Assembly (NCBI GenBank): GCA_019057635.1
Contig: DXJL01000156.1
Span: 64,146 to 128,145, forward strand
DNA from: Candidatus Heimdallarchaeota archaeon
GTDB lineage: Archaea > Asgardarchaeota > Heimdallarchaeia > Hodarchaeales > Hodarchaeaceae
DNA length: 64,000 nucleotides
Reading direction: 5' to 3'
Below, one piece after another: positions 29,701 through 40,287 of the stretch. Position numbers and translations under genes: made by a program. The notes beneath the pieces were generated by a model. That model did not search any database, had not been told where the DNA came from, and worked only from the letters and a program-made list of their open reading frames with translations. Position 1 is the first letter of the stretch. Each line of letters opens with the position of its first letter.

Positions 29701-30000
29701 TTCAGATTTGAAATTTGATCGTATTTCCTAGCTAAAAAGAATTTTGGTAGGATGACATGGGGAGGGAAATAAAATAATTTTTTATATCTAATGTTTGAAG
29801 TAATCGAAATACGGGTTGTGTAGGAATTCAGGAGTGAATTCTTGTTATGATACACGGATTAAACACTAAAGGTTTTGAATTAGCCCTCTAATTACTGACA
29901 TTGAATTTAGAATATTCTGTTTTAAATCTGGGAATTCCATTAGTTTTTGTTACAACAGGTTAGACAACTAATCGTGAAGTGAATGGTCGATTTATTCGCT

Positions 30001-31410
30001 TCATTGATGAATAGGTCTGCCGAGGGCACATAGAACAGCTTCCTTAAGTGATTCATAAACCACAGGATGTGCATGTTGTACTTTGATCAAATCTTCTGCT
30101 TTCATTCGATTGGCTACTGCTAATGCTCCTTCTGAAATTATTTCAGTTGCGTAAGGACCAATAATATGAACACCAACAATCTCTGTAGTTTTTGCATCTA
30201 ATATAACTTTTACAAATCCTCGGTTGTGTCCAGCAATAATTGCTCTACCATTACCTTGAAATGGAAATTTCCCAACTAGAATGTCGCCAAAAATTTCACG
30301 TGCTTTCTCCTCGGAATGTCCCACAGAGGAAACTTCGGGATTCGTGAAAATTGTGCTTGGAATGGCGTGGTAACTCATTTCGACATCATGACCGAGTGCA
30401 TTTTCAACAGCTACCTCACCTTCTTGAGAAGCGGTATAAGCAAGCATTGGTGAGGGAACTCCCTGTACCACGTCACCAGCAGCATAGATATCAGGGACAT
30501 TTGTTTCCATTCGTCCATTTACGAAAATACCCCGATCATATTTAATTCCAGCGGCCCTCAGATTTAATCCATCTATACATGGAATTCGGCCTATAGATAC
30601 TAAAACAAATTCAGCTTCAATATTATTTTCCTTCCCTTCTTCATCAGTAAACGTTACTCGCTTATTTCCTGCAGGTGTATCTGAAATACGAGTCACACGA
30701 GAACTTGTGTGAACCCCAATACCAATTTTTTCGAATGAAGCTTTTAATTCCTCACCTAGGTCAGCATCTTCCATAGGGAGTAAGCGGGGAAGCATTTCGA
30801 CTACTGTGACTTCTGTTTCTTCAAAACATCTAAATACACAGGCGAACTCACCTCCCACTACTCCTCCTCCAATTACGATTAGACTTTGTGGTAGGGCACC
30901 GATTTCCAGCATTTCCTTACTAGTTAATACTTTAGCACCATCAATTCCAGGAATTGGAACAAAGAATGGTTTGCTACCTGATGCAATCACCGTTTTTTTA
31001 GTAGTTACTTTGTAATTTGTTTCTAACGATGAAACTGAGATGGTATGCGCATCCAAAAATCTTCCTTCACCATTTAGTACCCGAATGTTATTCTTCTTCA
31101 TCAGAAAATTTACCCCCCTAACCAGTCGCTTAACAATCATTGTTTTTCTTTTCAGAATACTCGGAAAATCCACTCCTATATATTCTGATTTAAGACCAAA
31201 TCTTGCCATTTCTCGTAATGATTTACAGTGTTTTGCAGATTGTACAAAAACTTTTGTTGGAATACAACCTCGATTGAGACAGGTACCCCCAATTTGTCCT
31301 TTTTCAACTATAACAACATTTGCTCCTAGTTGAGCGGCACGAATAGCGGCAACATAACCAGCAGGGCCACCACCAATGATTGTAATATCAGTAGCGATTG
31401 ATTCTTCCAT
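30001..31410 (-). CDS. lpdA: Dihydrolipoamide dehydrogenase (class I pyridine nucleotide-disulfide oxidoreductase)
   Basis: FAD motif GGGPAGYVAA. Redox-active disulfide GGTCLNRGCIPTK. NAD motif GGGVVGGEF. C-terminal dimerisation His-Pro-x-x-x-E. Confidence 0.9.
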   Translation of the reverse strand: MEESIATDITIIGGGPAGYVAAIRAAQLGANVVIVEKGQIGGTCLNRGCIPTKVFVQSAKHCKSLREMARFGLKSEYIGVDFPSILKRKTMIVKRLVRGVNFLMKKNNIRVLNGEGRFLDAHTISVSSLETNYKVTTKKTVIASGSKPFFVPIPGIDGAKVLTSKEMLEIGALPQSLIVIGGGVVGGEFACVFRCFEETEVTVVEMLPRLLPMEDADLGEELKASFEKIGIGVHTSSRVTRISDTPAGNKRVTFTDEEGKENNIEAEFVLVSIGRIPCIDGLNLRAAGIKYDRGIFVNGRMETNVPDIYAAGDVVQGVPSPMLAYTASQEGEVAVENALGHDVEMSYHAIPSTIFTNPEVSSVGHSEEKAREIFGDILVGKFPFQGNGRAIIAGHNRGFVKVILDAKTTEIVGVHIIGPYATEIISEGALAVANRMKAEDLIKVQHAHPVVYESLKEAVLCALGRPIHQ

Positions 31411-31644
31411 TTAATAACAACTCTGTACTTAGTAATGTTCGATAATACCTATTGGTATTCCTTTAAATTAATTCTTAAGTTGCATTGTAGCAAATGCCTC
31501 TAACAAGATATTCGTAATAAAAATCTAAAAAGTATATTGAGGAATCAATGTAAGGAAGTATTTTACCCTGATTCTCAATTTAAATATTCACCAGTTAATC
31601 TACTGTTGGATAAGTGATTTTTATTCAGTCCAACCTCATGAGGA

Positions 31645-33672
31645 TTATTTCCTTTTCTTTGTTTTTCTTTGAACCAGTTTTGGTACTTTTTTCGTTTCAG
31701 GGCTTTCTAAAGTCAGAATCATATCCCGTATCTCTGCAGCTTTCTCAAATTCAAGATTTTTCGCTGCAAGCTGCATTTCATCTTTTAATGCTTTAAGATA
31801 CTCCGGTAAGTCTTCTTTTGGAATTTTCTCTCTTTTAATGTCCGTAAAACTCGTTTCTAGTTCAATCAGCGGTGATCGAATCTGCTTTGTTATTGTCTTA
31901 GGCGTAAGTCCCATTTTTTCGTTGAACTTAAGCTGAATACGTCGTCTTCGTTTTGTTTCTCTGATAGCGGCCTCCATAGACTCTGAAATTCTGTCGGCAT
32001 AGAATATTACTCTACCATGTACATTTCTGGAAGCACGCCCAATTGTTTGTATCAGAGCTCTTTCATTTCGCAAAAAACCTTGTTTATCCGCATCAAGAAT
32101 GGCGACTAAGGAAACTTCAGGAAGATCAAGACCTTCACGCAATAAATTAATTCCCACTAATACATCGAAGTCTCCTAAGCGGAGTGATCGTAGAATGTCT
32201 GTTCTTTCCAAAGTTTTTATCTCGGAATGTAGATATCTTGATCGAATTCCTATTTCATCAAAGTAATCTGCTAGATTTTCTGCCATTCGTTTTGTTAATG
32301 TAGTTACTAGTGTTCTTTCCCCTTTTTCAGTAGTCTTTTGAATTTCAGTGACTAAATCATCAATATGATTTGGTAAATTTAGCCGTACTATAATTTCAGG
32401 GTCTATCAGCCCAGTTGGACGTATTATTTGCTCTACAACGTTATTTTTCCCACTCTTATGTAACTCATACTGACTAGGAGTCGCACTAAGAAAAATTGTT
32501 TTACCCATTCCTTCTTCAAACTCACCAAAAGTTAATGGTCGGTGATCATAGGCAGAGGGCAAACGAAATCCATAATCAATAAGATTCCTTTTCCTTGAAA
32601 AATCCCCTTCTCTCATTCCCCCTATTTGAGGGATTGTCATATGTGATTCATCAACAATGAGCAAATAATTATCAGAGAAGAAGTTAAATAATGTGGCTGG
32701 AGGGTCACCTGGTTCCCGTCCATCGAAATATCTAGAATAATTTTCCATCCCTGGAGCATATCCTATTTGGTCAATCAACTCCAGATCATATTGAGTCCGT
32801 TGTTGCAGGCGCTGAGCTTCGACGAGTTTATTCTGCTTAGTTAACTCACTAAGCCGTTCCTTTAATTCTTTCCGAATATCTCCAAGTACAGCCTGCAATT
32901 CTTCTTTTGGTCTGACATAGTGTTTTGCAGGAAAAATATATGTACGCTCCAATTCTGCAATACGTTTACCGGAAACGGGATGAATTATTGAAATACGTTC
33001 AATTTCATCTCCAAACAATTCTATACGGACAGCTGTATCATCATAAACGGGCCATATATCGATAATATCCCCTTTTGATCGAATCTTTCCCCTAGTAAGT
33101 GCAATCTCATTCCTTTCGTAGAGGATTTCTATCAAGTGTGATAAAATTTTCTCTTTGGTAATCTGCATACCTTTGTGAGCAGAAAAGCTCATATTTTTGT
33201 AATGTTCAGGTTTTCCAAGACCATATATACAAGAGACTGATGCTACAACGAGTACATCGTCCCGTTCCAATAGACTCCTGGTAGTTGACGCACGCATTTT
33301 GTCAATTTCCTCATTTATATCAGAGTCCTTTTCTATATAACGATCAGGAGTGGGAAGATACGCTTCTGGTTGATAATAATCATAAAAAGATACAAAATAT
33401 TCTACTGCATTTTCTGGAAAATATTCTTTAAATTCTTGATATAATTGGGCAGCAAGAGTTTTGTTATGAGAAATCACTAGAGTAGGCTTATTGATTTTTT
33501 CAACAACATTTGCAACTGTAAACGTCTTACCTGAACCTGTAACTCCTAATAAGGTTTGAAAATTTTTTCCAGCCTTTATTCCCTCTACTAATGCTTGGAT
33601 TGCCTGAATTTGATCTCCACGTGGTTTAAACTCAGAAACTAACTTGAATTTTGACAGTAGGATACTCTCCAA
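31645..33672 (-). CDS. uvrB: Excinuclease ABC subunit B
   Basis: …FKPRGDQIQAIQAL…; Walker A GVTGSGKT; helicase motifs; C-terminal UVR domain …EFEKAAEIRDMI…. Confidence 0.95.
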   Translation of the reverse strand: MESILLSKFKLVSEFKPRGDQIQAIQALVEGIKAGKNFQTLLGVTGSGKTFTVANVVEKINKPTLVISHNKTLAAQLYQEFKEYFPENAVEYFVSFYDYYQPEAYLPTPDRYIEKDSDINEEIDKMRASTTRSLLERDDVLVVASVSCIYGLGKPEHYKNMSFSAHKGMQITKEKILSHLIEILYERNEIALTRGKIRSKGDIIDIWPVYDDTAVRIELFGDEIERISIIHPVSGKRIAELERTYIFPAKHYVRPKEELQAVLGDIRKELKERLSELTKQNKLVEAQRLQQRTQYDLELIDQIGYAPGMENYSRYFDGREPGDPPATLFNFFSDNYLLIVDESHMTIPQIGGMREGDFSRKRNLIDYGFRLPSAYDHRPLTFGEFEEGMGKTIFLSATPSQYELHKSGKNNVVEQIIRPTGLIDPEIIVRLNLPNHIDDLVTEIQKTTEKGERTLVTTLTKRMAENLADYFDEIGIRSRYLHSEIKTLERTDILRSLRLGDFDVLVGINLLREGLDLPEVSLVAILDADKQGFLRNERALIQTIGRASRNVHGRVIFYADRISESMEAAIRETKRRRRIQLKFNEKMGLTPKTITKQIRSPLIELETSFTDIKREKIPKEDLPEYLKALKDEMQLAAKNLEFEKAAEIRDMILTLESPETKKVPKLVQRKTKKRK

Positions 33673-33801
33673 TAGGGGATTTATGATAAATGTCTTATAA
33701 ATTTTGATGCTGGTAATAAAATCAACTTTTTGTATGGTAAGAATTCCTCAAATTATAGGAACTAATCGATTCACAGCGTCAAAAAGTACAGAGGATCAAA
33801 T

Positions 33802-34476
33802 GTGTTTGGTAGAAAAATTCGAATATCAATTCTTGGGAATACTGGGGTAGGTAAAACAACTTTAATTGATAGAATGAAATGAACAGATGTTCGAGTTTTA
33901 AGAAGTAAGAAAATTTACGATATTAACATTGAACGAATAAAAATTAGACTTCAAAGTTCTAATTCATTCCCATAGTATCATCCTGAAGCCTATCGTAAAT
34001 ATTAAATCCTCGCTATCGACAATCCAGGAGAAATTAAATTTCGAAGACAATGGAAAGAGGGTCTACGGACATTTAACACCGATGGAATGCTTTTTTTGCT
34101 TGATCCGCAACAATCAATCGATTCCACTCGTCTGGCGATGGAGTATGCTTACAACTATTTTTTAGATTCGATTGATCTGAAACCTGATAAAGCTGATGAA
34201 AAGGCCAAATTCAAGAAGTACATTTTTCATTTTGTTGTAAATTAATGTGATACGTATTTATCAATCCCATTTGAGGGTAGGAGTTTCCAACTCACATCTG
34301 AGGTAAAAGATCACGCTGTAGACTTTCTTTCGGAATTCACGTCGCCTAAAGATATTAATAAAGAAACATGTCCTCTATCAAACTTTGGAATATCTTATAT
34401 CTCCGCTCTTTACAGTCCCTATCATGAGATTGACAAGTTGTTTGAAATTTTGAAAGTATATCTTTATGAGACTTAA
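33802..34476 (+). pseudogene. Decayed Ras/Arf-like small GTPase gene (in-frame stops and a frameshift)
   Basis: One frame reads KIRISILGNTGVGKTTLIDRMK, then TGA at 33880. GTPase-like sequence continues in the same frame through TAG (33973) and TAA (34003) to …ILAIDNPGEIKFRRQWKEGLRTFNTDGMLFLLD…KFKKYIFHFVVN, then TAA at 34243. A −1 frame continues with a G-domain C-terminus-like segment …ISALYSPYHEIDKLFEILKVYL…. Confidence 0.6.
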
Positions 34477-34490
34477 GAAAAGGTCATCTC

Positions 34491-35315
34491 TTATCTCGGA
34501 GCAACAGAAGGAGTGATAAGTTTCACGACTTCACTGACAGTATAAGTCCTAGGTTCAAACCTTATTTCTATTCCTTTTTTCTTTTTTTCAGTTATTAATG
34601 ATGACTGTAACAGATTTAACATACGAAATTTTCTAAGTAATGGACTAATTATGCTGAAAGAAATACTTTGATATTCAGAAATAAGCTTGGCCTGATTTAA
34701 TAAGATGGTTTGTAAATCCTGATGTAGATTTAAAAATGTGGGAAAATCTCTATTGATTACCTCAAGAGCAGCTTTTAATTTTTCTTCTTCTGCCACCCCA
34801 TCTCTGTGATATGCTCCGATAACCCTTTGTTTGAATGGAACAAAAACATTTTTGTCAAAAGTCGCTACAGCTGTCGTAATTGAATCTTCTTGTTGTTCTG
34901 CGAGCTTGTAAAACTCTTCGTATACATTTGGATGTAATGAGTGTAAATTATAAAAACCAGGCCCCATTTCATTATCAATAAAGGGTAGCATATTACCATA
35001 TATGAAATCAAGAGCGGATTTTGTCAATTTCTGATCTGAACTATTTGGAAGAAAATTTATTTCAGTTTTTCCTTCACAGATTTGTCGGAAAAGTTGAAAA
35101 CTATCGAAATTAGATTCAGGTGGAAGTTTAGTAAATACACCAAATCCTTCAGAAGGATGTAAGACCAAAAAATCCGTTATCGAATTTGCTAGTTTATATT
35201 GCACTAGATTTTGAGATATTTCAAAGTGACCACGACGGCCTACGACAAGTTGTTTTTTCCGTCCGACTATCTCAAAAGGTGGGCACATGAAAAAATATCG
35301 TTTTTCCTTTTCCAC
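34491..35315 (-). CDS. Hypothetical protein, 274 aa
   Basis: Clean ORF with no recognisable motifs. Confidence 0.5.
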   Translation of the reverse strand: MEKEKRYFFMCPPFEIVGRKKQLVVGRRGHFEISQNLVQYKLANSITDFLVLHPSEGFGVFTKLPPESNFDSFQLFRQICEGKTEINFLPNSSDQKLTKSALDFIYGNMLPFIDNEMGPGFYNLHSLHPNVYEEFYKLAEQQEDSITTAVATFDKNVFVPFKQRVIGAYHRDGVAEEEKLKAALEVINRDFPTFLNLHQDLQTILLNQAKLISEYQSISFSIISPLLRKFRMLNLLQSSLITEKKKKGIEIRFEPRTYTVSEVVKLITPSVAPR

Positions 35316-35494
35316 AGTAAAGATCCTCGTTAATTAATTTTATTAAATGATATTTTGCTTTCTTCTTGAGGGGTATGAGACTTTTATTGAAATCAGGGAT
35401 CACCTCTTATATCTTATATCATTTCACGCGACGAAGAAAAAACCAATAAATTCTAAGGATAGATCTTTAAAAGTACAAGATGGATATGACATGA

Positions 35495-37327
35495 GTGGAA
35501 ACTCCTACTTTACAAACTGATCTGGCAAAGTTACCTCATCGTCCAGGTGTGTATCTCATGTTGGATGAAACAGGGAAAGTTATCTATGTAGGAGCAGCTA
35601 AGGATTTAAAAAAGCGAGTAAGTTCATATTTTCGTCGTGATATTTCAGACATTAAAACACGTAAGTTAGTCGCTAATATCAAATCTTTTGATTATGAGAT
35701 CCACGATTCAAAAGAAGCAGCATTCATACGTGAAAGAGACTTAATTCGAATACACTATCCTCGTTATAATATAGATTGGAAGGATGATAAAGATTATCCT
35801 CTTGTCCAAATTACAGTTCCATCAGAAACTGAAAGATTTAGTCGTCTTTTTATCGTGCGTAGTTCTTTAAATTCATATGATTGGTTTTTTGGGCGAAAAA
35901 AAGATGTTACAGCATTAAGATCTTCTGTCCGAATTCTTCGACGTATATTTCCAATTGCGAACAAAAGCTATTGTTTCAGAACTAAGAAACCTTGTTTGGA
36001 TTATTCAATTAAGAGGTGTAGTGCACCATGTGTCGAAAAAATTTCCCTTAATGAATATCAACAGATTGTTGATGAATTTATACTATTTCTTCAAGGGAAA
36101 AGAGAAGATCTCCTCGAAATTTTATATTCTGAAATGAATAATCAAGCAGACAAACTTGATTTTGAAGGGGCTGCTAAAATAAGGGATAGAATTTCACAAA
36201 TAGAACGAACAGTCGCATCACAGAAGAGTTTAGCAATTCCAAGAGACAAAGATATTGTAATCCTCCTTTCAGAAGAAAATAATTACCTTTTACTTAATTT
36301 CTGGATACAAAACAGGGAGATAATCAATATAGAGGAAAGAAATTGGGGAATATTAAATTCCTTGTCCGAAGTGGAAATCGTTCGAAGTTACATTCAAAAT
36401 TTCTACTTGGACTCGGATTTCATACCTCAAATCATAGAATCGTCTGTAGATTTAAGTGAAGATCAAGAAACTCTAGAAATTTGGCTTTCTAAAAGACAAG
36501 GAAAGACTGTTCAGATATCCTATAGGCCTGACATTCCTAAGGATAAATTACTTGCACCAATAATCCTGAAAAACAGGTTTAAACTTGGAGAACAGGTTCG
36601 AAAGGAGAAGAGAAAGCTAGAAATTAAAAATATAGCGCTGAAAGAGCTGAAAGAACGATTAAATTTGAGTACTCTACCTAATAGGATTGAAACATATGAC
36701 ATTTCAAATCTTCAAGGTCAATTACCAGTCGGCTCTATGGTGGTATTTTCAGAGGGTTTACCCCAAAAGTCTCAATATCGAAAGTTTAAGATTAAATCTT
36801 TACCTTCTGAACCGAATGACGTTGCAATGATGCAAGAAGTATTACTTCGCCGTCTAGAACATAGAGATAAGAAATTTTCTAAAGAGCTACCAGATTTGAT
36901 TGTAATAGATGGAGGAAAACCACAAGTCAATGCAATTGGGAAGATTATATCATCTTTAAAACTCGGATTACCCGTTATTGGCTTAGCAAAAAGAGAAGAA
37001 GAAGTTTTCCTTCCCCACAAAAAAACTGCGGTTCCTTTTCCTGATGGTAGCCCTGCTCTAAGACTGTTAAAACAAACTCGTGATGAAGCTCATCGATTCG
37101 CGATTACCTACCACAAAAAACGGCGTGTACTTCAACAAAAATCAGGGTTGGATAATATTCCAGGAGTAGGTGCCAAACGTAGAAGGAATTTACTCACACA
37201 TTTTGGAAGTATCGATAAAATAAGAAATGCAAGTGTTGAAGAGCTATGCCAAGTCGAAGGTATTAATAGATCAATAGGAGAAAAAATTTTCCTACATTTT
37301 AATTCGAATCCCAAAATGAATCACTGA
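35495..37327 (+). CDS. uvrC: Excinuclease ABC subunit C (GTG start)
   Basis: N-terminal GIY-YIG domain (…PGVYLMLDETGKVIYVGAAKDLKKRVSSYF…). UvrBC-interaction and RNase-H-like endonuclease region. C-terminal (HhH)2 (…IPGVGAKRRRNLLTHFGSIDKIRNASVEEL…). Confidence 0.9.
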   Translation: METPTLQTDLAKLPHRPGVYLMLDETGKVIYVGAAKDLKKRVSSYFRRDISDIKTRKLVANIKSFDYEIHDSKEAAFIRERDLIRIHYPRYNIDWKDDKDYPLVQITVPSETERFSRLFIVRSSLNSYDWFFGRKKDVTALRSSVRILRRIFPIANKSYCFRTKKPCLDYSIKRCSAPCVEKISLNEYQQIVDEFILFLQGKREDLLEILYSEMNNQADKLDFEGAAKIRDRISQIERTVASQKSLAIPRDKDIVILLSEENNYLLLNFWIQNREIINIEERNWGILNSLSEVEIVRSYIQNFYLDSDFIPQIIESSVDLSEDQETLEIWLSKRQGKTVQISYRPDIPKDKLLAPIILKNRFKLGEQVRKEKRKLEIKNIALKELKERLNLSTLPNRIETYDISNLQGQLPVGSMVVFSEGLPQKSQYRKFKIKSLPSEPNDVAMMQEVLLRRLEHRDKKFSKELPDLIVIDGGKPQVNAIGKIISSLKLGLPVIGLAKREEEVFLPHKKTAVPFPDGSPALRLLKQTRDEAHRFAITYHKKRRVLQQKSGLDNIPGVGAKRRRNLLTHFGSIDKIRNASVEELCQVEGINRSIGEKIFLHFNSNPKMNH

Positions 37328-37344
37328 TAGACTTTTAGTTTGCG

Positions 37345-39945
37345 TTATTTTATGGAATCTAGTTCGGTAATTTCACCTCCAATTTGATTAACTGTCTCTT
37401 TTATCAGAGACAGAGTCATCTTGTTACTCATCTTCCCTGGATTTTTAATATAAATGGTAATTCCTAGCTGTAAACCCTCTAATTCCTTTTCCAATGGTTT
37501 AAGTATTCCTTTATTTACAGATTGGAGATCAATCAAACTGAGATGTGTAAATCTAAATGATAATCCTTTAGGAATTTTTTTACTAGATTTATCAACTATA
37601 ATGGTGTCTGTTTCAATTTTGTGTTCATGTATCTGACTTGGAAGTATTAAGCACTCTTTTTCTGTGAAAGAGAGAGTATCGGGATATTTGCCTTGATGAG
37701 AGAAATTTGATTTTTGATATTGATCCGATGTGTCTTCAAATAAGAATAACCCTTTTTCAATACCCTCAAGTATGGATCTTTGTAGTATTTGCATTTCTAA
37801 CAGTTTAGGCATTTTGAGGTCTTTTAAGAACTGATCTAATAAACTACGGGTTTCAATACTCTTTTTATTTGTTAAGAAATTTTCTTTAATATAATTAGGA
37901 TTGATATCTGTTACAATTACTTCATTTTTAATAAGTTCTTGGATTATCCATTTGGCAATTGATCCTTTAGATTGTTTAGGAGGGATCAAGTGATATTGAT
38001 GGGAAGTATCAGTAAATTCTAAGTAGAGTCGATTTAGAAGATAATCTACACTATTTTCTATTATTAATAGTCTTGAATTTAACGTTTGACGATCTTCATT
38101 GAATTCTAACTCGTTCTTTCTATCCATAAGGATTCCTTTAATCGCAATTTTCTCTTGAATTATATCTATTAATCGTTCCAAATTAATTGCATTCGGCATA
38201 CCGAATAAAATTGTATTCTGAAACTTTCGAAATTTGTTTCCCTTGAACTTTATCCAAGAATCCAAATTTATTTCATGGAAATCTAGTGATAACACTACTA
38301 GCTTTAATTCTGTATCATCAGGGATTTCCTCTGAGGATTCAGGCCAAACAACAATTTTTATGGGATAGTCAGTTTTCTGTGCCTTAAATTTTTCTTTAAT
38401 TTCATGTAGGGCATCATCTACAAATTTATGTTTCAATTCCTTAATTATTTTATTCATATTAGGAGCTTCAGAAAGAAAATATCTATTATCTTTCTTATGA
38501 AGGAATTCTGACGTATGTATAAGAGAACCGAGCACTTCTGAGATTAATACTATGTTTACTTCAGGTCTCCAAATAGCTAAATTGATTTCCTGAAGTAATG
38601 CTCCATAATTTTTAATTGCGTGAGGGATTGAATTAAGGAATGTTACAGCAATAATGTTTCTTCCTAATTCTTCCCTCTTATCCAAAGTCATAAGAGTCTG
38701 AGTTGTTTTTACACTTATATCTAGTTCGTGAACCAGAATTTCTGTGAAACCTGATGGAAGATGACGAAAAAATAGTAGATTCTGAGACGTTTTTGTGAAA
38801 TCAATATCTGATTGATTAATAATCGAAATATTCCGTTGATCTATTCTTAGTTCGTATAAGAGTTTAGCTAATATGCTTAAAATAGTTCTTGTACCTTGAA
38901 ACGTTGATTGTTTATTCCATTTTTCAATTAGGATATCAATTAATGCCGGATGAAAAGGGTATGCTTTTTCCATAAGAGGACGATAGGAATTTATTGCAGT
39001 ATTAACAGGAAAAACCTTCTTATTATCGTAGTAAAACTGCGAGAATGTTTCAACAATTTGATTTAATGAATCTCTATCTAATACATCTTCTATCAGTTTC
39101 TTTTGGATAATTTGGTAAAGATCTGTTCTTTCTGATGGAATGGCCGAGGAGGCAAGCCGACCTAAAATTTGATCAATCTCAATGAGTAGTGGTTTATCAT
39201 CACTATGGGTTGCTTGGTATTCTCTATCAGGGAGGGTTATAATTAGAATCGATTTTTTAAGAGATCGCATACATTCAGTCAGTTCTTGCAGAAAAATAAG
39301 CGTTTGGAGCCCTAGATTAGAGTCATTGACTCGCACTCCTCTTGCTTTTGTCATGTATTCAGTAATTTCATCCAATAATATTACAATAGGTTCACATGAT
39401 TGTAAAAGAGTAAAAAGACTTGCTTTACCAGGAGAAATACGTTTTTGGTCATTGTCTCGGACGATTTCAAATCCTTCATTTCCCCTTACCTGATACGCAA
39501 GCTCTCCCCAAAGTGTGTATATATGGCTATCTGTCTCTTGACGCCCCTCTAAAGGATTAAGATGAGTTCCAATAATTCTCACAATTTTAGGATTGCACGA
39601 AAGGGTACTGACAGATATGTTCTGAGAAAAAAAACTCCGATTAGTCAAAAAATGGTGAACAGCAATTAAACTGTGTGTTTTTCCTCCACCAAACCGGGTT
39701 TGAACTCTGATTATACTGTTACCCTCACCTGTTGCTATTTTCCTCTGAATAGACTCGAGAAATTGGATTAAACCGCTTGTGAAATGAGTAGTTTTCACAA
39801 AAAGCTCTGGATCTCGATACATTAGATGGGCTACTCCCGTTAAGACATCTCCCAAATCCGCTACTAAAAGATCCTCCCGTTTCCCTAAGGATTCAATAAA
39901 TTGATAAGGTTTAACAACTTTAAACCAAGGTTGCATAAATATCAT
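37345..39945 (-). CDS. DUF499/COG1483-type predicted P-loop ATPase (BrxC/PglY-like N-terminus), 866 aa
   Basis: N-terminal …PWFKVVKPY…ADLGDVLTGVAHLMYRDPELFVKTTHFTSGL…TRFGGGKTHSLIAVHHF… (Walker A GGGKTHS). Walker B-like …PIVILLDEITEY…. Family assignment is from recalled family signatures, not a database search. Confidence 0.45.
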   Translation of the reverse strand: MIFMQPWFKVVKPYQFIESLGKREDLLVADLGDVLTGVAHLMYRDPELFVKTTHFTSGLIQFLESIQRKIATGEGNSIIRVQTRFGGGKTHSLIAVHHFLTNRSFFSQNISVSTLSCNPKIVRIIGTHLNPLEGRQETDSHIYTLWGELAYQVRGNEGFEIVRDNDQKRISPGKASLFTLLQSCEPIVILLDEITEYMTKARGVRVNDSNLGLQTLIFLQELTECMRSLKKSILIITLPDREYQATHSDDKPLLIEIDQILGRLASSAIPSERTDLYQIIQKKLIEDVLDRDSLNQIVETFSQFYYDNKKVFPVNTAINSYRPLMEKAYPFHPALIDILIEKWNKQSTFQGTRTILSILAKLLYELRIDQRNISIINQSDIDFTKTSQNLLFFRHLPSGFTEILVHELDISVKTTQTLMTLDKREELGRNIIAVTFLNSIPHAIKNYGALLQEINLAIWRPEVNIVLISEVLGSLIHTSEFLHKKDNRYFLSEAPNMNKIIKELKHKFVDDALHEIKEKFKAQKTDYPIKIVVWPESSEEIPDDTELKLVVLSLDFHEINLDSWIKFKGNKFRKFQNTILFGMPNAINLERLIDIIQEKIAIKGILMDRKNELEFNEDRQTLNSRLLIIENSVDYLLNRLYLEFTDTSHQYHLIPPKQSKGSIAKWIIQELIKNEVIVTDINPNYIKENFLTNKKSIETRSLLDQFLKDLKMPKLLEMQILQRSILEGIEKGLFLFEDTSDQYQKSNFSHQGKYPDTLSFTEKECLILPSQIHEHKIETDTIIVDKSSKKIPKGLSFRFTHLSLIDLQSVNKGILKPLEKELEGLQLGITIYIKNPGKMSNKMTLSLIKETVNQIGGEITELDSIK

Positions 39946-40287
39946 CTCAAATTTGATAGTCTAAAAGGATTAGGAGGGGTATCCTCACTATCCAATAGCA
40001 TTTGTTTATGTGCCTGAATACGAATCCTTTTTTTATCACTGGATAAAGTTCTTTCGGGATATGAATGAAAAAGCTGGTTAAGGATGCAACGAAAAAAGTA
40101 GGTAAAGAAGCTTTAAATCTCTCGACAAGAGCGGTTTCTGGAGCAATATCCGAGATTGCGAAAGAATCCATTAAAGAAGAATTGGAAAAGAGTGGAGTAA
40201 CTGAATCATTCAAAGAAACATTTTCAAGAAGGGTGAAGAAGTAGACAGACGAATAAACTCAAGAAAAAAACGCATGAGAATTCTATT

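Noticed and set aside
30001-31410. A stand-alone lpdA without adjacent E1 or E2 genes could be a mis-call for another flavoprotein disulfide reductase (mercuric reductase or glutathione reductase).
   Set aside because: The GGTCLNRGCIPTK redox centre and the C-terminal His-Pro…Glu dimer-interface motif fit lipoamide dehydrogenase best. Orphan lpd genes are common in archaea. The call is kept at high but not absolute confidence.
33802-34476. In-frame TGA, TAG and TAA inside the GTPase-like region could reflect stop-codon reassignment or selenocysteine/pyrrolysine.
   Set aside because: All three stop codons occur, a frameshift is also present, and every other gene in the window terminates normally at these codons. 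A pseudogene is the parsimonious reading.
37345-39945. The DUF499 ATPase could be part of a BREX/Pgl defence island.
   Set aside because: No PglX-type methyltransferase, PglZ phosphatase, BrxA/B or Lon-like BrxL genes are adjacent. The flanking genes are uvrC and a cupin, so it is not called a BREX system.
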